This document shows positions 47,491-56,627 of a stretch of 64,000 nt of DNA, piece after piece. The stretch's first letter is position 1, and each line of letters begins with the position of its first letter. A program made the position numbers and the translations under genes. Below the pieces are notes generated by a model. The model made no database searches, was not told the DNA's origin, and saw only the letters and a program-made list of their open reading frames with translations. Origin of the DNA: an uncultured Candidatus Saccharibacteria bacterium (GTDB lineage: Bacteria > Patescibacteriota > Minisyncoccia > UBA6257 > CAYRSR01); NCBI GenBank assembly GCA_964427275.1, contig CAYRSR010000001.1, positions 20,394 through 84,393 of the forward strand, in the 5' to 3' direction.

Positions 47491-48500
47491 ATTTCTTTAA
47501 ATTCTTTCTGCCGATAAGCTAAAATAGTCTGTTTTTTAATTTGATTCAGAAGCTTTTTATTTTCTCTTAAAGTTTGCCTTACCTTTTCCTTTCCTACTCC
47601 AAGTTTTTCTTGACCAAACCTATAACTAGCTCCAGCCTTAGCAATTACTCCATATTTCTCAGCAACATTAATCACATCTAACAAGTAAGGAATACCTCTT
47701 CCGTAAATCAAATCAAATTCAGCAACTCTAAAGGGTGGAGCTAATTTATTTTTAACTATCTTAGCTTTTATCCGATGCCCAACAATTTTATCTTTCTGTT
47801 TAATTTTAGCTGATGGTCTGACATCTATTCTTACTGACGAATAAAACTTTAAAGCCCTTCCACCAGGAGTAGTTTCAGGATTCCCAAACATTACCCCAAT
47901 TTTCATTCTAATCTGATTTATAAACACAATCACAGTTTTAGTTTTAGCAGTAATTGCGGTTAATTTTCTTAGTGCCTGAGACATCAGTCTAGCTTGTAAG
48001 CCAATATGAGGGGTTCCCACTTCCTCTTCAATTTCTGCCTGAGGAGTAAGTGCTGCAACTGAATCCACAATAATAATGTCAATACTTCCTGATCTTACTA
48101 AGGTTTCTAAAATATTTAAAGCTTCCTCACCACTGTCTGGCTGAGAAATTAAAAGATTTTTAACATCAACACCTAATCTTTTAGCATATTCCAGATCCAA
48201 AGCATGTTCAGCATCAATGTAGGCGGCTTGTCCGCCCTGTGCCTGTGCAGAAGCTACTGCTTGAAGAGCAATAGTACTTTTCCCACTACCTTCTACTCCA
48301 AAAAGTTCAATTATTCTACCTCTGGGAAAGCCTCCTATTCCTAAAGCTAAATCTAAAGAAAAACAGCCACTGGAAATAACCTCAACTGGAGAAATCTTTA
48401 CCTCACCCAGTCTCATTATTGCCCCTTCTCCAAATTTTTCCTGCAAAGCTTTTACTAAATTATCCAGATTTTGATTCTTTTTTGATTTTGATTCAGTCAT
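47487..48500 (-). CDS. recA: recombinase RecA
   Basis: Walker A GVEGSGKST and the L1/L2 loop regions. 337 aa. Confidence 0.95.
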   Translation of the reverse strand: MTESKSKKNQNLDNLVKALQEKFGEGAIMRLGEVKISPVEVISSGCFSLDLALGIGGFPRGRIIELFGVEGSGKSTIALQAVASAQAQGGQAAYIDAEHALDLEYAKRLGVDVKNLLISQPDSGEEALNILETLVRSGSIDIIIVDSVAALTPQAEIEEEVGTPHIGLQARLMSQALRKLTAITAKTKTVIVFINQIRMKIGVMFGNPETTPGGRALKFYSSVRIDVRPSAKIKQKDKIVGHRIKAKIVKNKLAPPFRVAEFDLIYGRGIPYLLDVINVAEKYGVIAKAGASYRFGQEKLGVGKEKVRQTLRENKKLLNQIKKQTILAYRQKEFKEI

Positions 48501-48506
48501 TTTTAA

Positions 48507-49133
48507 TTAAATTTCAACATCAGGTAAATAGTAAACCTGTTTGGTAATAGTTTTGGTTCGACCTAAAAAATTTTTTAAGTTAAATCTAATTGGGTTAATT
48601 CCTGGTTCAAGTAGAATTTCTTTATAAAATTCTCCATTTTGATTCGAAAATACCTCTTCACCATTAATTAATAACCTAGCATTCGGGGAAATCTTGCCAC
48701 GAATTGTAAAAATTGGCTGGTTTACTACAACTCTATCCGAACCAATCAGAGGTGAAGCCAAACATAACTTCAAAGAATTGTTAATTAACTGACTGGCCTG
48801 AGTAATCAAAAAAAACATTAAAAGAAAGAACAAAAGCAAAACTCCAAAAAATCTTCTGAAATTTTTTACTTCAAACCTATTAGCAGGTAAGCGGTCTTTT
48901 ATTCCAGGTTTTTTAAGGTTTTGCTCCTTAAAATCCTTCCAGAGTTCTTTACCATTCAGTTTCAAAATATCAGCAATTCTCAAAATATATCCCCTAACAT
49001 AGGGAATTGCAGGAAGTTCTTCAACTTTTCCCTGAATTAGAGCATTTATAAACCTTTCCTGAATCCCGGATAATTCAGCTAGTTTGTGTACATCCAATTT
49101 TCTTTTTTGAAGTACCTTTTTAATTTGCTCCAT
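48507..49133 (-). CDS. RodZ-like HTH (XRE-type) membrane protein
   Basis: N-terminal HTH (LDVHKLAELSGIQERFINALIQGKVEELPAIPYVRGYILRIADIL), single TM, short periplasmic tail. Confidence 0.55.
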   Translation of the reverse strand: MEQIKKVLQKRKLDVHKLAELSGIQERFINALIQGKVEELPAIPYVRGYILRIADILKLNGKELWKDFKEQNLKKPGIKDRLPANRFEVKNFRRFFGVLLLFFLLMFFLITQASQLINNSLKLCLASPLIGSDRVVVNQPIFTIRGKISPNARLLINGEEVFSNQNGEFYKEILLEPGINPIRFNLKNFLGRTKTITKQVYYLPDVEI

Positions 49134-49215
49134 TGATTACATATAATAAAATAATTAATCCAATAAAGTCAAGAATTTGATATTTAAGTTAGCTGTCATA
49201 TAATATTAAAATCTT

Positions 49216-49581
49216 ATGAAGGACACCTATCAAAAACTAAATCAAGGCAAAAAATTTCACTGGACAAATCATATAATTGAAAAAATGAAATATTATCGAA
49301 TTTCTCCATCCATGATTAGAAGAGTAATCAGATTTCCTGAGAGAGTTGAAGAAGGAATAGTTAAAAACACTATTGCTAGCATGAAAGTAAACAAACTAAA
49401 AAAGAAAAGAGAAGAAATCTGGGTAATGTATCAAAGAAAAATCAAAAATAAAAAATCAAAAATAAAAAATAATAATAAGTTAATTCTAATTACAGCGTGG
49501 AGATATCCAGGTAAAAGTCCTGAAAGAAATCCCATCCCCAAGGAAATAGTTGAAGAAATAAAAGAAATCCTAAAAATTTAA
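49216..49581 (+). CDS. lysine-rich hypothetical protein
   Basis: 121-aa ORF divergent from the RodZ-like gene. No recognisable domain. Confidence 0.4.
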   Translation: MKDTYQKLNQGKKFHWTNHIIEKMKYYRISPSMIRRVIRFPERVEEGIVKNTIASMKVNKLKKKREEIWVMYQRKIKNKKSKIKNNNKLILITAWRYPGKSPERNPIPKEIVEEIKEILKI

Positions 49582-49619
49582 GAGTTGCATTTTAATTTTA
49601 GAAATATATACTAAAAAGT

Positions 49620-49886
49620 ATGCCCATCACTAAGTCAGCTAAAAAAGCACTAAGACAAAGCTTAAGAAGAAGAGAAAGAAATCTTATAAGGAAAAATAAG
49701 TTGCGTAAAGCAATTAAAGAGTTTAAGAAATCGCTGGAGCAGGAAAATTTTGATAAGGCTAGAAAACAGCTAGACCTGGTTTATAAAGCTGCAGATAAGT
49801 TAGCTAAAGTCAATTACATCAAGAAAAATAAAGCTTCCAGAATAAAATCCAGGATAACTAAACTTTTAAACAAATCAGTCAAGTAA
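49620..49886 (+). CDS. rpsT: 30S ribosomal protein S20
   Basis: ITKSAKKALRQSLRRRERN... start typical of bS20. 88 aa. Confidence 0.85.
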   Translation: MPITKSAKKALRQSLRRRERNLIRKNKLRKAIKEFKKSLEQENFDKARKQLDLVYKAADKLAKVNYIKKNKASRIKSRITKLLNKSVK

Positions 49887-50657
49887 CTTTGATAAGACAA
49901 AATCCAGTAAGGCAGTTTGATAATCCAGTTTCCCTGATTTGATTTTCACATCGTATTCAGCAAATTTTAAAACCAATTTTTTTCTTGTTCCCAATAGATT
50001 AAAAATATAAGCAGGCTCAGTTCTGAAAAGTAGTTTTTCTAAATTTACCAAATTAAAGTTGTTAATTAGTTTAAAAATACCTTCTGAATTCAAATAAGGA
50101 AAGAAATTAAGGATTTTAGTTAAATCTACTGGCTGTGAAAATTTAGCTAACTTAATTTTTTTTAGCTCATTTACTATAAACCAGCTTTTATCCTGACCAT
50201 AATTTTGACCATATCTAGCTAAAAAATTAACTACATCTCTTTTTAACTTAAGATTTAACTTTTGGGCTTCTTTTTCAATGAAAAATACAAGTTTATGTTG
50301 ATCCATTTCTTGAAATTTCTGCGAGATAACCGGTGACTTGGTCAAAAATTCAAACTCCTTTTCAGGACATGAATCCTCGCTAATAATTAAGGTAGTTTTT
50401 TTTCGATTCAGTTGAATCTTTAAAAAGTTAATCAGCTTTTTAGAATTAACCTTAAAAATATTATCAACCAAAGCCAGCTTGAAATTCTCAAATAAAGATG
50501 GTTGGTCTAAAAAGTCCATTAAATCTTCAAAGTTATCCTCAGCTAGGTCAAACCTTTTAAAATCAAACTGAGGATGTTTTCTTTTGTAAATTGAAATTAT
50601 TTCCTTTTGTTTTTGTTTTCTTCGATATGAATCTTTTCCATAAAGAAAAATAAGCAT
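49875..50657 (-). CDS. probable DNA polymerase III delta subunit (HolA-like), short
   Basis: MLIFLYGKDSYRRKQ start resembles holA. Synteny next to rpsT is common for holA. Weak sequence support. Confidence 0.4.
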   Translation of the reverse strand: MLIFLYGKDSYRRKQKQKEIISIYKRKHPQFDFKRFDLAEDNFEDLMDFLDQPSLFENFKLALVDNIFKVNSKKLINFLKIQLNRKKTTLIISEDSCPEKEFEFLTKSPVISQKFQEMDQHKLVFFIEKEAQKLNLKLKRDVVNFLARYGQNYGQDKSWFIVNELKKIKLAKFSQPVDLTKILNFFPYLNSEGIFKLINNFNLVNLEKLLFRTEPAYIFNLLGTRKKLVLKFAEYDVKIKSGKLDYQTALLDFVLSKLLD

Positions 50658-50887
50658 AATAGCAAATTCAAAATTTAAAAATTAAATTTTAAAATGATAA
50701 TTTAAAATTCAAAATTAGCAAATTTTAAAATTACACCAACCATAATAAAATTTAAAATTTAAATATTAAAATGCGATTAATCAATTTTCAACTATCAATT
50801 TCTAATTTTCATTGAATTTTCAATTTTCAACTTCCAACTTCTAACTTCTAACTTTTATTTGTAAACTGTCATTTTTCATTTTGATTT
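50658..50887. repeat. dispersed intergenic repeat element, copy D
   Basis: Contains GCGATTAATCAATTTTCAACTATCAATTTCTAATTTTCATTGAATTTTCAATTTTCAACTTCCAACTTCTAACTTCTAACTTTTATTTGTAAAC, matching copies A and B. Confidence 0.75.
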
Positions 50888-51469
50888 TTAAATTTTACAT
50901 TTACTATGGTATTTCTCTACTTTGAATCTATAGATTACTATTTTTTCTCTGGACAGGTCTATTCCTGCTTTCAGGCAGGCAATAGATATTTGTTTCTCTA
51001 CTGTATCAACTCCCTCTAAATCTGGTAAAAGCAAGCCAGTTTTGACAGGCACTTTGCCATTAAAAGTTACATTTGATGAACTAGTAATTGGAGTTGTCTT
51101 TACAATTATTCCGTATTTCTTAGGATTTAACTCGGTTTTAGTTTTTACTAGCTCCGGCTTGCTCAAGATATAAACAGTATAAACTAAATCTGGTAATTCA
51201 AGTTGGCTAACTCTTCCAAATCTATAATCTTCAGTAGCAGCAGCAATAGCATTATAAATTACTTCTAATGCAATATTTTTTCTGGTAGGAAGATAAGTTC
51301 CAATACAGCCGCGCAATACTTTATGACTATTTAATCTTTTTTCAATAGTTACAAAAGTTCCGGCTTGCTTATTTAAAAACTCCTGGTCTAAATCCTTTGG
51401 TACAGAAATTATCTTTCCTTCTTTAATGTAGCTTTCTACTGCTAATTTGGCTAAATCAACCAAAGACAT
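50888..51469 (-). CDS. AMMECR1 domain protein
   Basis: LRGCIGTY...AAATEDYRF motif set. The ATG at 51469 is preferred over the TTG at 51493. Confidence 0.7.
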   Translation of the reverse strand: MSLVDLAKLAVESYIKEGKIISVPKDLDQEFLNKQAGTFVTIEKRLNSHKVLRGCIGTYLPTRKNIALEVIYNAIAAATEDYRFGRVSQLELPDLVYTVYILSKPELVKTKTELNPKKYGIIVKTTPITSSSNVTFNGKVPVKTGLLLPDLEGVDTVEKQISIACLKAGIDLSREKIVIYRFKVEKYHSKCKI

Positions 51470-51562
51470 AGTAAATTTAAAATTCAAAATCAAAATACAA
51501 ACTCAAGGTTGGCGACAAGTGAGTAACTTTGATTTTTGGTTTTTTAAGTTTTGTATTTCTCA

Positions 51563-52321
51563 TTATATCCTAACTATCTTTAAATCTCTAGCATCCTTTA
51601 TCTCTTTTTTAAAATCGTAAATAGCTATATTTCTTTCTGGCCGATAAGCTGAAGAAGTAAATATGGTAAGGCAACGATTATTAAACAAATATAAAGGTGC
51701 ATCAGGTTGATGGGCTCTAATAAGTACCTCTTTATTAAATCTGTTCATTAAATTATAAAACCAATCTTTTCCAAATTGAGGCCGGCCAGTAAAAGAGTCA
51801 AAGTCTAGTTTTTTCCCAGCAACTTCCTGAAAATCTCCCCAGGTAATCTGCTTCCAGATTTCTGAACCTAAACTTATTTTATTTACCTGCTTTAGGTTTT
51901 CTAAATCTGGTAAAGCTCCGTGTAAAGAAATAACATTTTTAGCCACAACTATTAAGGGAAATTTTTCCACTATTTCAGCGTAATATTGATAATCAACTGA
52001 ACTTAAGTTTTCCCAAAAATCGGCTGGATAAAAAGGTAAAATTCGATGACCCTCGTGATTTCCCTGTAGTAAATAAATCTGTTCTGGATATTTTAATTTA
52101 TTTTGAAGTAAAAAATCCAAATTTTCTCTGGAATTAGGACCTCGGTCAACATAATCTCCTAAAAAAACTAATATATTACCTGATTTAAGGTAATTCTTAA
52201 CTACTATTTTTGAAGCTTCAAAATCACCATGAGTATCACCAACAAAAACAACCAGGTTGGCTTTAGAAACCTCAATCAATCTAGGTTCATTTTTCAAAAC
52301 TTCTAAAATTTTCTTCATCAT
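51563..52321 (-). CDS. calcineurin-like metallophosphoesterase (PPP-family phosphatase-like)
   Basis: GDTHGD, GDYVDRG and GNHE motifs. 252 aa. Confidence 0.75.
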   Translation of the reverse strand: MMKKILEVLKNEPRLIEVSKANLVVFVGDTHGDFEASKIVVKNYLKSGNILVFLGDYVDRGPNSRENLDFLLQNKLKYPEQIYLLQGNHEGHRILPFYPADFWENLSSVDYQYYAEIVEKFPLIVVAKNVISLHGALPDLENLKQVNKISLGSEIWKQITWGDFQEVAGKKLDFDSFTGRPQFGKDWFYNLMNRFNKEVLIRAHQPDAPLYLFNNRCLTIFTSSAYRPERNIAIYDFKKEIKDARDLKIVRI

Positions 52322-52332
52322 AATATAAAAAA

Positions 52333-52365
52333 TGAAGCCCCGTTTTTAAAAGAAACGGAGCTTCA
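52333..52365 (-). terminator. rho-independent terminator downstream of second pilin gene
   Basis: On the minus strand, GAAGCTCCGTTTC-ttttaaa-AACGGGGCTTC followed by ATTTTTTATA. Confidence 0.5.
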
Positions 52366-52387
52366 AGCTAAAAAGTAGTCTATAATT

Positions 52388-52939
52388 TTAAATTCGGTTC
52401 AATCCTGGCACTGAACCAATCTCGTAAACCTCATTATTATTTCCACCATCAGTACTCTCCACATCAGCACTTCCACCATTGCTGTACTTTGTACTCTCCA
52501 TGTTACAATTCAACTCAAAGGTTAACGGGTGAGTACCGGTAGCATTACTAGCAAATTCATAGTAATAACTACTATCATTAACTGGGTCTAGTGGCAAAGC
52601 TGATAAAGGAGAACCAGTTGGAATTGCATCTAAATTAACATCTACCCAACCATTACCATCAGTGGTTATAACGGTACGCTCAGTACAGCTAGTGTCTGCT
52701 GGTCCGTAACCAGTAGTTCCCTTAGTGCAATAATCATTGCCACTGAATGATGGATCAACTACCGATACCAGATACAAAGCCAAAGCTGACTGAATACTCT
52801 TTAAATCAGACATTCTCTGAGAATCTCTAGCTTCCTTAAGCATCTGAGCTGGATTCATCACTACCGCTATCGTGGTTGCCAGAATTGCTAGAATTGCAAT
52901 AACTATCAACAGCTCAATTAAAGTAAACCCTTTCTTCAT
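52388..52939 (-). CDS. type IV major pilin paralog
   Basis: MKKG-FTLIELLIVIAILAIL. The first roughly 60 aa are nearly identical to pilin 19293-19889, with a divergent C-terminus. 183 aa. Confidence 0.85.
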   Translation of the reverse strand: MKKGFTLIELLIVIAILAILATTIAVVMNPAQMLKEARDSQRMSDLKSIQSALALYLVSVVDPSFSGNDYCTKGTTGYGPADTSCTERTVITTDGNGWVDVNLDAIPTGSPLSALPLDPVNDSSYYYEFASNATGTHPLTFELNCNMESTKYSNGGSADVESTDGGNNNEVYEIGSVPGLNRI

Positions 52940-53009
52940 TTTTTTAAATTAAACTTCGACCTTTAATCTTATTATATCACAAATCAATTACTTGAATTGT
53001 GGATAACTT

Positions 53010-53387
53010 TCACTTCAAAAAATTCTTAACCCGCTGCACTAAATCATCAATGGAAACTTGAGCTTTAACAAAGTAGTCAGCTGCTCCAAGTTGCTTTCCC
53101 CTAGAAATATCTTCAGTTTGACCTAAATTAGAGACAATTATTACCGGTGGAAACTTAATCTGGGGATCTTTGGAAGCCTCCTCCATAAATTCAAAGCCAG
53201 ACATTTTAGGCAAAATTATATCCAGTAATATCAAATCAAAGGATGCGCCCGGTTCTCTTAATAAGTTCAAAGCTTCTTCCCCGTCCCTAGCTACCACCGG
53301 CTTAAATCCTTCCTTTTCCAGACGACTCTTTAAAAGATGAGCTAGAAATTTTTCATCTTCTACTACTAAAATTTTTTTTGGTTCCAT
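53010..53387 (-). CDS. stand-alone response regulator receiver (CheY/PilH-like)
   Basis: REC domain with DD...D...T...K signature (ILVVEDEKF...LILLDIILPKMSGFEF...VIIVSN). 125 aa. Confidence 0.8.
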   Translation of the reverse strand: MEPKKILVVEDEKFLAHLLKSRLEKEGFKPVVARDGEEALNLLREPGASFDLILLDIILPKMSGFEFMEEASKDPQIKFPPVIIVSNLGQTEDISRGKQLGAADYFVKAQVSIDDLVQRVKNFLK

Positions 53388-53902
53388 AAGTTAATAAATT
53401 TAATTTTAAAGTTTTTAAGCACTGCTAAATCCTTTTTTGGTTGCCCAAAGGAGTTTTGTTAGTTTTTAATTGATCCACGGACAGGTTCCCCTACCCGTGC
53501 CTTGTTACGACTTCATCCTGATCACCGAGCTGATTCTAGGTCCTTAAACAGGAACTTCGAACCCTCCCGGCTCTCCTGATGTGACGGGCGGTGAGTACAG
53601 GACTCGAGAACGTATTCACCGCGACATAGCTGATTCGCGATTACTAGCGATTCCGGCTTCATGAGGGCGAATTGCAGCCCTCAATCCGAACTGAGACTAC
53701 TTTTAAGAGATTCGCTCCGCCTTACGGCTTAGCAGCTCTTTATAGTAGCCATTGTAGCATGAGTGCAGCCCAGGGCATCAGAGGGCCATGCTGACTTGGC
53801 GTCATCCCCACCTTCCTCCCCAAAAATTGAGGCAGTTCCGCATGACACATATAACATGCAGTAGGGGTTGCGCTCGTTACCTCACTTAAGAGAACACCTC
53901 AA

Positions 53903-53934
<32 letters not shown>

Positions 53935-54175
53935 CTCCAATGTCCTTGAAGGAAGCCTCACCTTTCGGTAAGGTTTCATTGGAGTGTCAAGCCCTGGTGA
54001 GGTTCTTCGGTTATTGACGAATTAAGCCTCATGCTCCACCGCTTGTGCGAGTCCCCGTCTATTCCTTTGAGTTTTAACCTTGCGGTCGTACTCCCCAGGC
54101 GGTCTGCTTAACGCGTTAGCTACGCCACCCAGAGGGTCGATACTCTAGACAGCAAGCAGACATCGTTTAGGGCCT

Positions 54176-54209
<34 letters not shown>

Positions 54210-54441
54210 AGGCTTTCGGGTCTCAGAGTCAGGAGAGCCCCAGCTATTTGCCTTCGCCTTTGGTATTCCGCACGATATCAACGGATTTCACCCCTACACC
54301 GTGCGTTCTAAAAGCCTCTGGCTCCCTCTAGTTCGGTAGTTTCCGAGGCATTTCCCTGGTTGGGCCAGGGGCTTTAACCTCAGACTTACCGAACCTCCTA
54401 CACCCGCTTTACGCCCAGTAAATCCGGATAACGCTTAGGGT

Positions 54442-54476
<35 letters not shown>

Positions 54477-54889
54477 AACCCTTTATTCTCCACTTACCAT
54501 CAACATCTACTAAAAGGTAGATGCTTTTTCAGTGGAAAAAGCGGTTTACACTCCGCAGAGCTTCATCCCGCACGCGGCGTCGCTGGATCAGGCTTTCGCC
54601 CATTGTCCAAAATTCTCGACTGCTGCCTCCCGTAGGAGTAGGGCCCGTGTCTCAGTGCCCTTGTTGGAGAACAACCTCTCAGTCCTCCTACCCGTCATAG
54701 CCAAGGTGAGCCATTACCCCACCTTCTAGCTGATAGGCCGCAGGCCATTCCCATTCCGGCATACCATAAGATACACCTTTAATGACATCACTAAAAGTGT
54801 GTCATACTATCGGGTATTAGCCACCTTTTCAGATGGTTATCCCCGTGAATGGGGTATGTACCTACGTGTTACTAACCCGTTTGCCGCTC

Positions 54890-55210
54890 CCAGCCCCACT
54901 TTTTGGATTCAAATAAAGCATTTCTTAATTCTCTTGAAAAGTTCCTGTTTTGCACTCCCATAATGTTTTAATCTCTTTTCTCTTCTCTTCGCATCTTTTT
55001 TATTTCTATAAGCTTCGGCATAAATTAAAACCCACTTTCCATCTCTTCGGTAAGTGGCTTTTGTTTTTCCTTGATTATGATCTGTCAACCTCTTTTGAAG
55101 ATTTTTAGTTAAACCAATGTAAACTTGTTTTGTGACATTATGCTGAATTAGATAAACATACCACCACATAACCTTATTATGACTATTGAATCCAAAAAGT
55201 GAGGCTGGGC
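54890..55210 (-). other. intervening/insertion sequence within 16S helix 6, closed by a 23-bp stem and carrying an endonuclease ORF
   Basis: The exon sequence GCATGCAAGTCGTGCGC is interrupted by CCAGCCTCACTTTTTGGATTCAA...[ORF]...TTGAATCCAAAAAGTGGGGCTGG and then resumes at GAGCGGCAAACGGGTTAGTAACACGTAGG. The flanks are reverse complements, allowing one U-G. Confidence 0.6.
54909..55169 (-). CDS. GIY-YIG nuclease-superfamily protein (homing-endonuclease-like) encoded inside the 16S insertion
   Basis: YVYLIQHNVTKQVYIGLTKNLQKRLTDHNQGKTKATYRRDGKWVLIYAEAY matches the GIY-(x10)-YIG...R...E core. The ATG at 55169 has an AAGG SD. The ORF-track 5' extension to 55223 lies in the stem. Confidence 0.7.
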   Translation of the reverse strand: MWWYVYLIQHNVTKQVYIGLTKNLQKRLTDHNQGKTKATYRRDGKWVLIYAEAYRNKKDAKRREKRLKHYGSAKQELFKRIKKCFI

Positions 55211-55330
55211 GCACGACTTGCATGCCTTATCCACGCCGCCAGCGTTCATCCTGAGCCAAGATCAAACTCTCGTTTTGGGCAACCAAAAAAGAATTCAACC
55301 TGTTTAACTTTTAAAGGTACAACCACGTTA

Positions 55331-55359
55331 ATAATAGTCAAAAACTCATTGCAAGTCAA
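55331..55359 (-). promoter_or_regulatory. candidate sigma-70 promoter for the 16S gene
   Basis: On the minus strand, TTGACT-17 bp-TATTAT about 60 nt upstream of the processing stem. Confidence 0.4.
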
Positions 55360-55378
55360 GCCCATCTTGAATTAAAAA

Positions 55379-55407
55379 GAGGTAGTCCCGATTAATGGAA
55401 CTACCTC
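55379..55407 (-). terminator. terminator hairpin downstream of CPBP protease gene
   Basis: GAGGTAGT-n13-ACTACCTC followed on the minus strand by TTTTTAATTC. Confidence 0.45.
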
Positions 55408-55423
55408 CAAATAATCTTACAAT

Positions 55424-55936
55424 TTACAATAATGATATTAACATCACTAGCAGGTTATGCAAGCCGTGAAGTGTTACCACAGATGCATAACCTTGAAAAA
55501 CTCCACCGGCATTCTGACTAACTTTCAGAAAAAATAGCGACCATAATGCTCCAACAACTCCTTGAATGAATATACTAGGCCATCCATAATGAAAATATCC
55601 AAATATCACCGAGCTTATCAAAATTACTGCAGTAAGAATCAAATTCCGACTCTTTCTGCTTTTTCGACTTACTTCAAAAACCAGTAAACTTAAAGTTAAA
55701 GGCACAAACCGGAATATAAACTCTTCTATAATTGGAGCCAATATTACCGCTTTTACTACAGAAACAGACTTATAGTAATAGCTACCGACTACTTGATACA
55801 GATATGGCTTCAAGAAAGAAATTGCAATTGTACACCAGGTAAAATCAACAATCAAAATCAAGATTATCCATAAAAGGTATTCTAAAAATGAACTTGGTTT
55901 TTTGGTCAACCATTTCAACCATTTCTGGAATTTCAC
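55424..55936 (-). CDS. CPBP-family (CAAX/Abi) intramembrane metalloprotease
   Basis: EEFIFRFVPL (EExxxR motif), a FGYFH motif and multi-TM. 170 aa. GTG start. Confidence 0.7.
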   Translation of the reverse strand: MKFQKWLKWLTKKPSSFLEYLLWIILILIVDFTWCTIAISFLKPYLYQVVGSYYYKSVSVVKAVILAPIIEEFIFRFVPLTLSLLVFEVSRKSRKSRNLILTAVILISSVIFGYFHYGWPSIFIQGVVGALWSLFFLKVSQNAGGVFQGYASVVTLHGLHNLLVMLISLL

Positions 55937-56029
55937 TCAAATCACCCCCTTTAAAAAATTTTTAAGGTACTATTCTGTTGAACAAACCAATCTAGCCTGC
56001 TATCTTTGTAACATAAATTTTAATTTTTG

Positions 56030-56626
56030 TCAATTGTGGCTAATCTTTCTTTGAATAGCTTTAAGATATACTACCAGCATTAATCCCCAGCAAAAAATTA
56101 TAAGTTCAGTTGATGCATTTTGTATCAATGATAGCACTACTAGAATTAATACTCCTACTGCACCTCCAGCAGCCGGAGCAGTAGTTCTTAGTATTGATGG
56201 AACCATTTTTCTAAGAAACCTGGAGTAAATTAATCCAAAAATAACTGCTACTCCCAGAGATAATCCAGTTAGTTTGGGAACTAAAACTAAACCAGTTCCT
56301 ATTGAAGTTGCTAGTCCTCCACCTCCTTTAAACTTAAAAAATACCGGCCAGTTGTGACCGGCTACACAAAACAAAGCCCCTGCAACTATTACACTTAAAT
56401 TTAGATTCAAAAATTTACCTAAAAGTACTATCAGACTTCCCTTTAAAGCATCAAATAATCCAACCAAAATTCCAAGTATAATTGAATTGGTTTGCCTTGT
56501 AGTTCCAGCTGCTCCGGGTAAGTCAACTTTAGCAAAATCTTTAAGCTTTAAAGCTCTAGCTAAGATATATCCCCCCAAAATAGAACCTACTAGATAGCTT
56601 ATTAAGATATATAAAACTCCAGGCAT
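56030..56626 (-). CDS. plsY: glycerol-3-phosphate acyltransferase PlsY (acyl-phosphate dependent)
   Basis: GHNWPVFFKFKGGGGLATSIG and upstream SGN-like motifs. 198 aa, polytopic. Confidence 0.8.
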   Translation of the reverse strand: MPGVLYILISYLVGSILGGYILARALKLKDFAKVDLPGAAGTTRQTNSIILGILVGLFDALKGSLIVLLGKFLNLNLSVIVAGALFCVAGHNWPVFFKFKGGGGLATSIGTGLVLVPKLTGLSLGVAVIFGLIYSRFLRKMVPSILRTTAPAAGGAVGVLILVVLSLIQNASTELIIFCWGLMLVVYLKAIQRKISHN

Positions 56627-56627
56627 T

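Noticed and set aside
55170-55223. N-terminal extension MQVVRPASLFGFNSHNKV of the GIY-YIG ORF
   Set aside because: This segment is the translated closing stem of the rRNA insertion. GIY-YIG proteins start right at the Y-V-Y block, and ATG 55169 has an SD.
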